41,603 nucleotides of DNA from Chloroflexota bacterium (GTDB lineage: Bacteria; Chloroflexota; Limnocylindria; QHBO01): NCBI GenBank assembly GCA_005879775.1, contig VBJX01000001.1:12671-54273 (forward strand), written 5' to 3'. Within the stretch, counting starts at the first letter, position 1, and every line of letters starts with the position of its first letter. This document shows, in pieces, positions 40,703-41,603 of the stretch. The translations under genes and the position numbers were made by a program. The notes under the pieces were generated by a model. The model searched no databases. It worked only from the letters and a program-made list of their open reading frames with translations, and was not told the DNA's origin.

Positions 40703-41602
40703 CTAGCGGGCGTAGCGCACCGCGCCGCCGCGGCGCTCCTTGTTGAGACGACGGTTGAGATGCAGGCCCTCGAGGACGAACTCCACCCCACTCGCCAGCG
40801 AGGCCGGCGACTCCCCCACATCGAGGCGGCCGATGACCCGGCGCAGCTCGGCGATCTCGCTCACCAGCTTTTCGTGGGCGCTGCTCGGCACGTACTCCCC
40901 GACCTCCGCGGCGGCGCCCGCCTCGAACCGCTCGATCAGCGGGGCGAGCTCGGACAACGCGAAGCGGCGGTTGAAGACGTTCAAGGTGGCCCGCGCCAGG
41001 AGCTTCTCCACCACGCGGTCCTCGCGCGCCTCGTCGCCGAGCGTCTCGAGCTCGATCTTGCCAGCCGTGGAAGCCACGACCGCCGGCAGGTCGCTGATGC
41101 GGGGCGCGGCGGTGGGCTCGCTGAGGCGCACCGCGCGCTTGAGGGCGGTCGCCGTCAGCGTTTCGGCGTTGTTGATCGTGACCCGCACCGACACGCCCGA
41201 CCGCTGGCTGACCTCCGAGGAGCGCCTCGCCAGCTGCGAGAGCTCTGCCACGATCTCCTTCATGAAGCCTGGCACGTGGACCGCGATCGCGTCGGGTGCA
41301 TCGGCGTCGAAGGTGGTCGCCTCCTGGTCCATGATCGCGATCTCGGTGGCAGCCTCCTCGGGGTAGTGCGTCCGGATCTGCGCGCCGAAGCGGTCCTTGA
41401 GCGGGGTGATAATCCGTCCGCGGCTGGTGTAGTCCTCCGGGTTGGCGCTGGCGATGACGAACAGGTCCAGGTTGAGGCGGACTCGGTAGCCGCGAATCTG
41501 GACGTCGCGCTCCTCCATCACGTTCAGCAGACCCACCTGGATGCGCTCGGCGAGGTCCGGGAGCTCGTTGATGGCGAAGATGCCGCGATGCGTGCGCGGC
41601 AG
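40703..41602 (-). CDS. AAA+ ATPase of the Mg-chelatase ChlI/BchI-like clade; N-terminus beyond the window
   Basis: The frame stays open to the window edge: LPRTHRGIFAINELPDLAERIQVGLLNVMEERDVQIRGYRVRLNLDLFVIASANPEDYTSRGRIITPLKDRFG shows a Walker B/sensor region and BchI-like inserts. The track ORF 40703..41536 starts at an internal Met. Confidence 0.85.
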   Translation of the reverse strand: MPRTHRGIFAINELPDLAERIQVGLLNVMEERDVQIRGYRVRLNLDLFVIASANPEDYTSRGRIITPLKDRFGAQIRTHYPEEAATEIAIMDQEATTFDADAPDAIAVHVPGFMKEIVAELSQLARRSSEVSQRSGVSVRVTINNAETLTATALKRAVRLSEPTAAPRISDLPAVVASTAGKIELETLGDEAREDRVVEKLLARATLNVFNRRFALSELAPLIERFEAGAAAEVGEYVPSSAHEKLVSEIAELRRVIGRLDVGESPASLASGVEFVLEGLHLNRRLNKERRGGAVRYAR

Positions 41603-41603
41603 C

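Overview
A 41.6-kb, gene-dense chromosomal segment. It is very GC-rich: third codon positions are almost always G/C, which produces many long spurious antisense ORFs. Gene content suggests Actinomycetota or Chloroflexota: F420-type DDN-family and LLM enzymes, frequent GTG/TTG starts, and ATGA/GTGA-coupled operons. I support 41 apparently intact protein genes, 2 disrupted genes, 2 tRNAs (Arg-TCT, Glu-CTC), two in-frame tandem repeats, and a few sequence-only promoter/terminator candidates. I saw no rRNA, CRISPR array, transposase or integrase. Recognisable content: two paralogous PotABCD-type ABC importers, a CPH-type (P1B-3/CopB) copper ATPase with a His-rich repeat N-terminus, a PadR plus DrrAB-like exporter operon, acetoacetyl-CoA synthetase, an acyl-CoA dehydrogenase, a TPR-rhomboid protease, an FTR1 iron permease and an AraC/VOC pair. 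Best candidates for an undescribed system: (1) the minus-strand block 34.3-41.6 kb, where a chelatase-like AAA+/VWA pair precedes a tightly coupled six-gene operon (ABC-2 exporter, LLM oxidoreductase, two family-less small proteins, flavin reductase); (2) a translationally coupled trio at 9.36-13.55 kb: fused E1 alpha/beta ThDP enzyme, a FabD-like acyltransferase lacking the malonyl-binding Arg, and an AlkA-like glycosylase. Two enzymes (an alpha/beta hydrolase and a class-III aminotransferase) each carry a frameshift at a junction where conserved core motifs are missing. All calls rest on by-eye motif recognition and manual translation; no searches were run.
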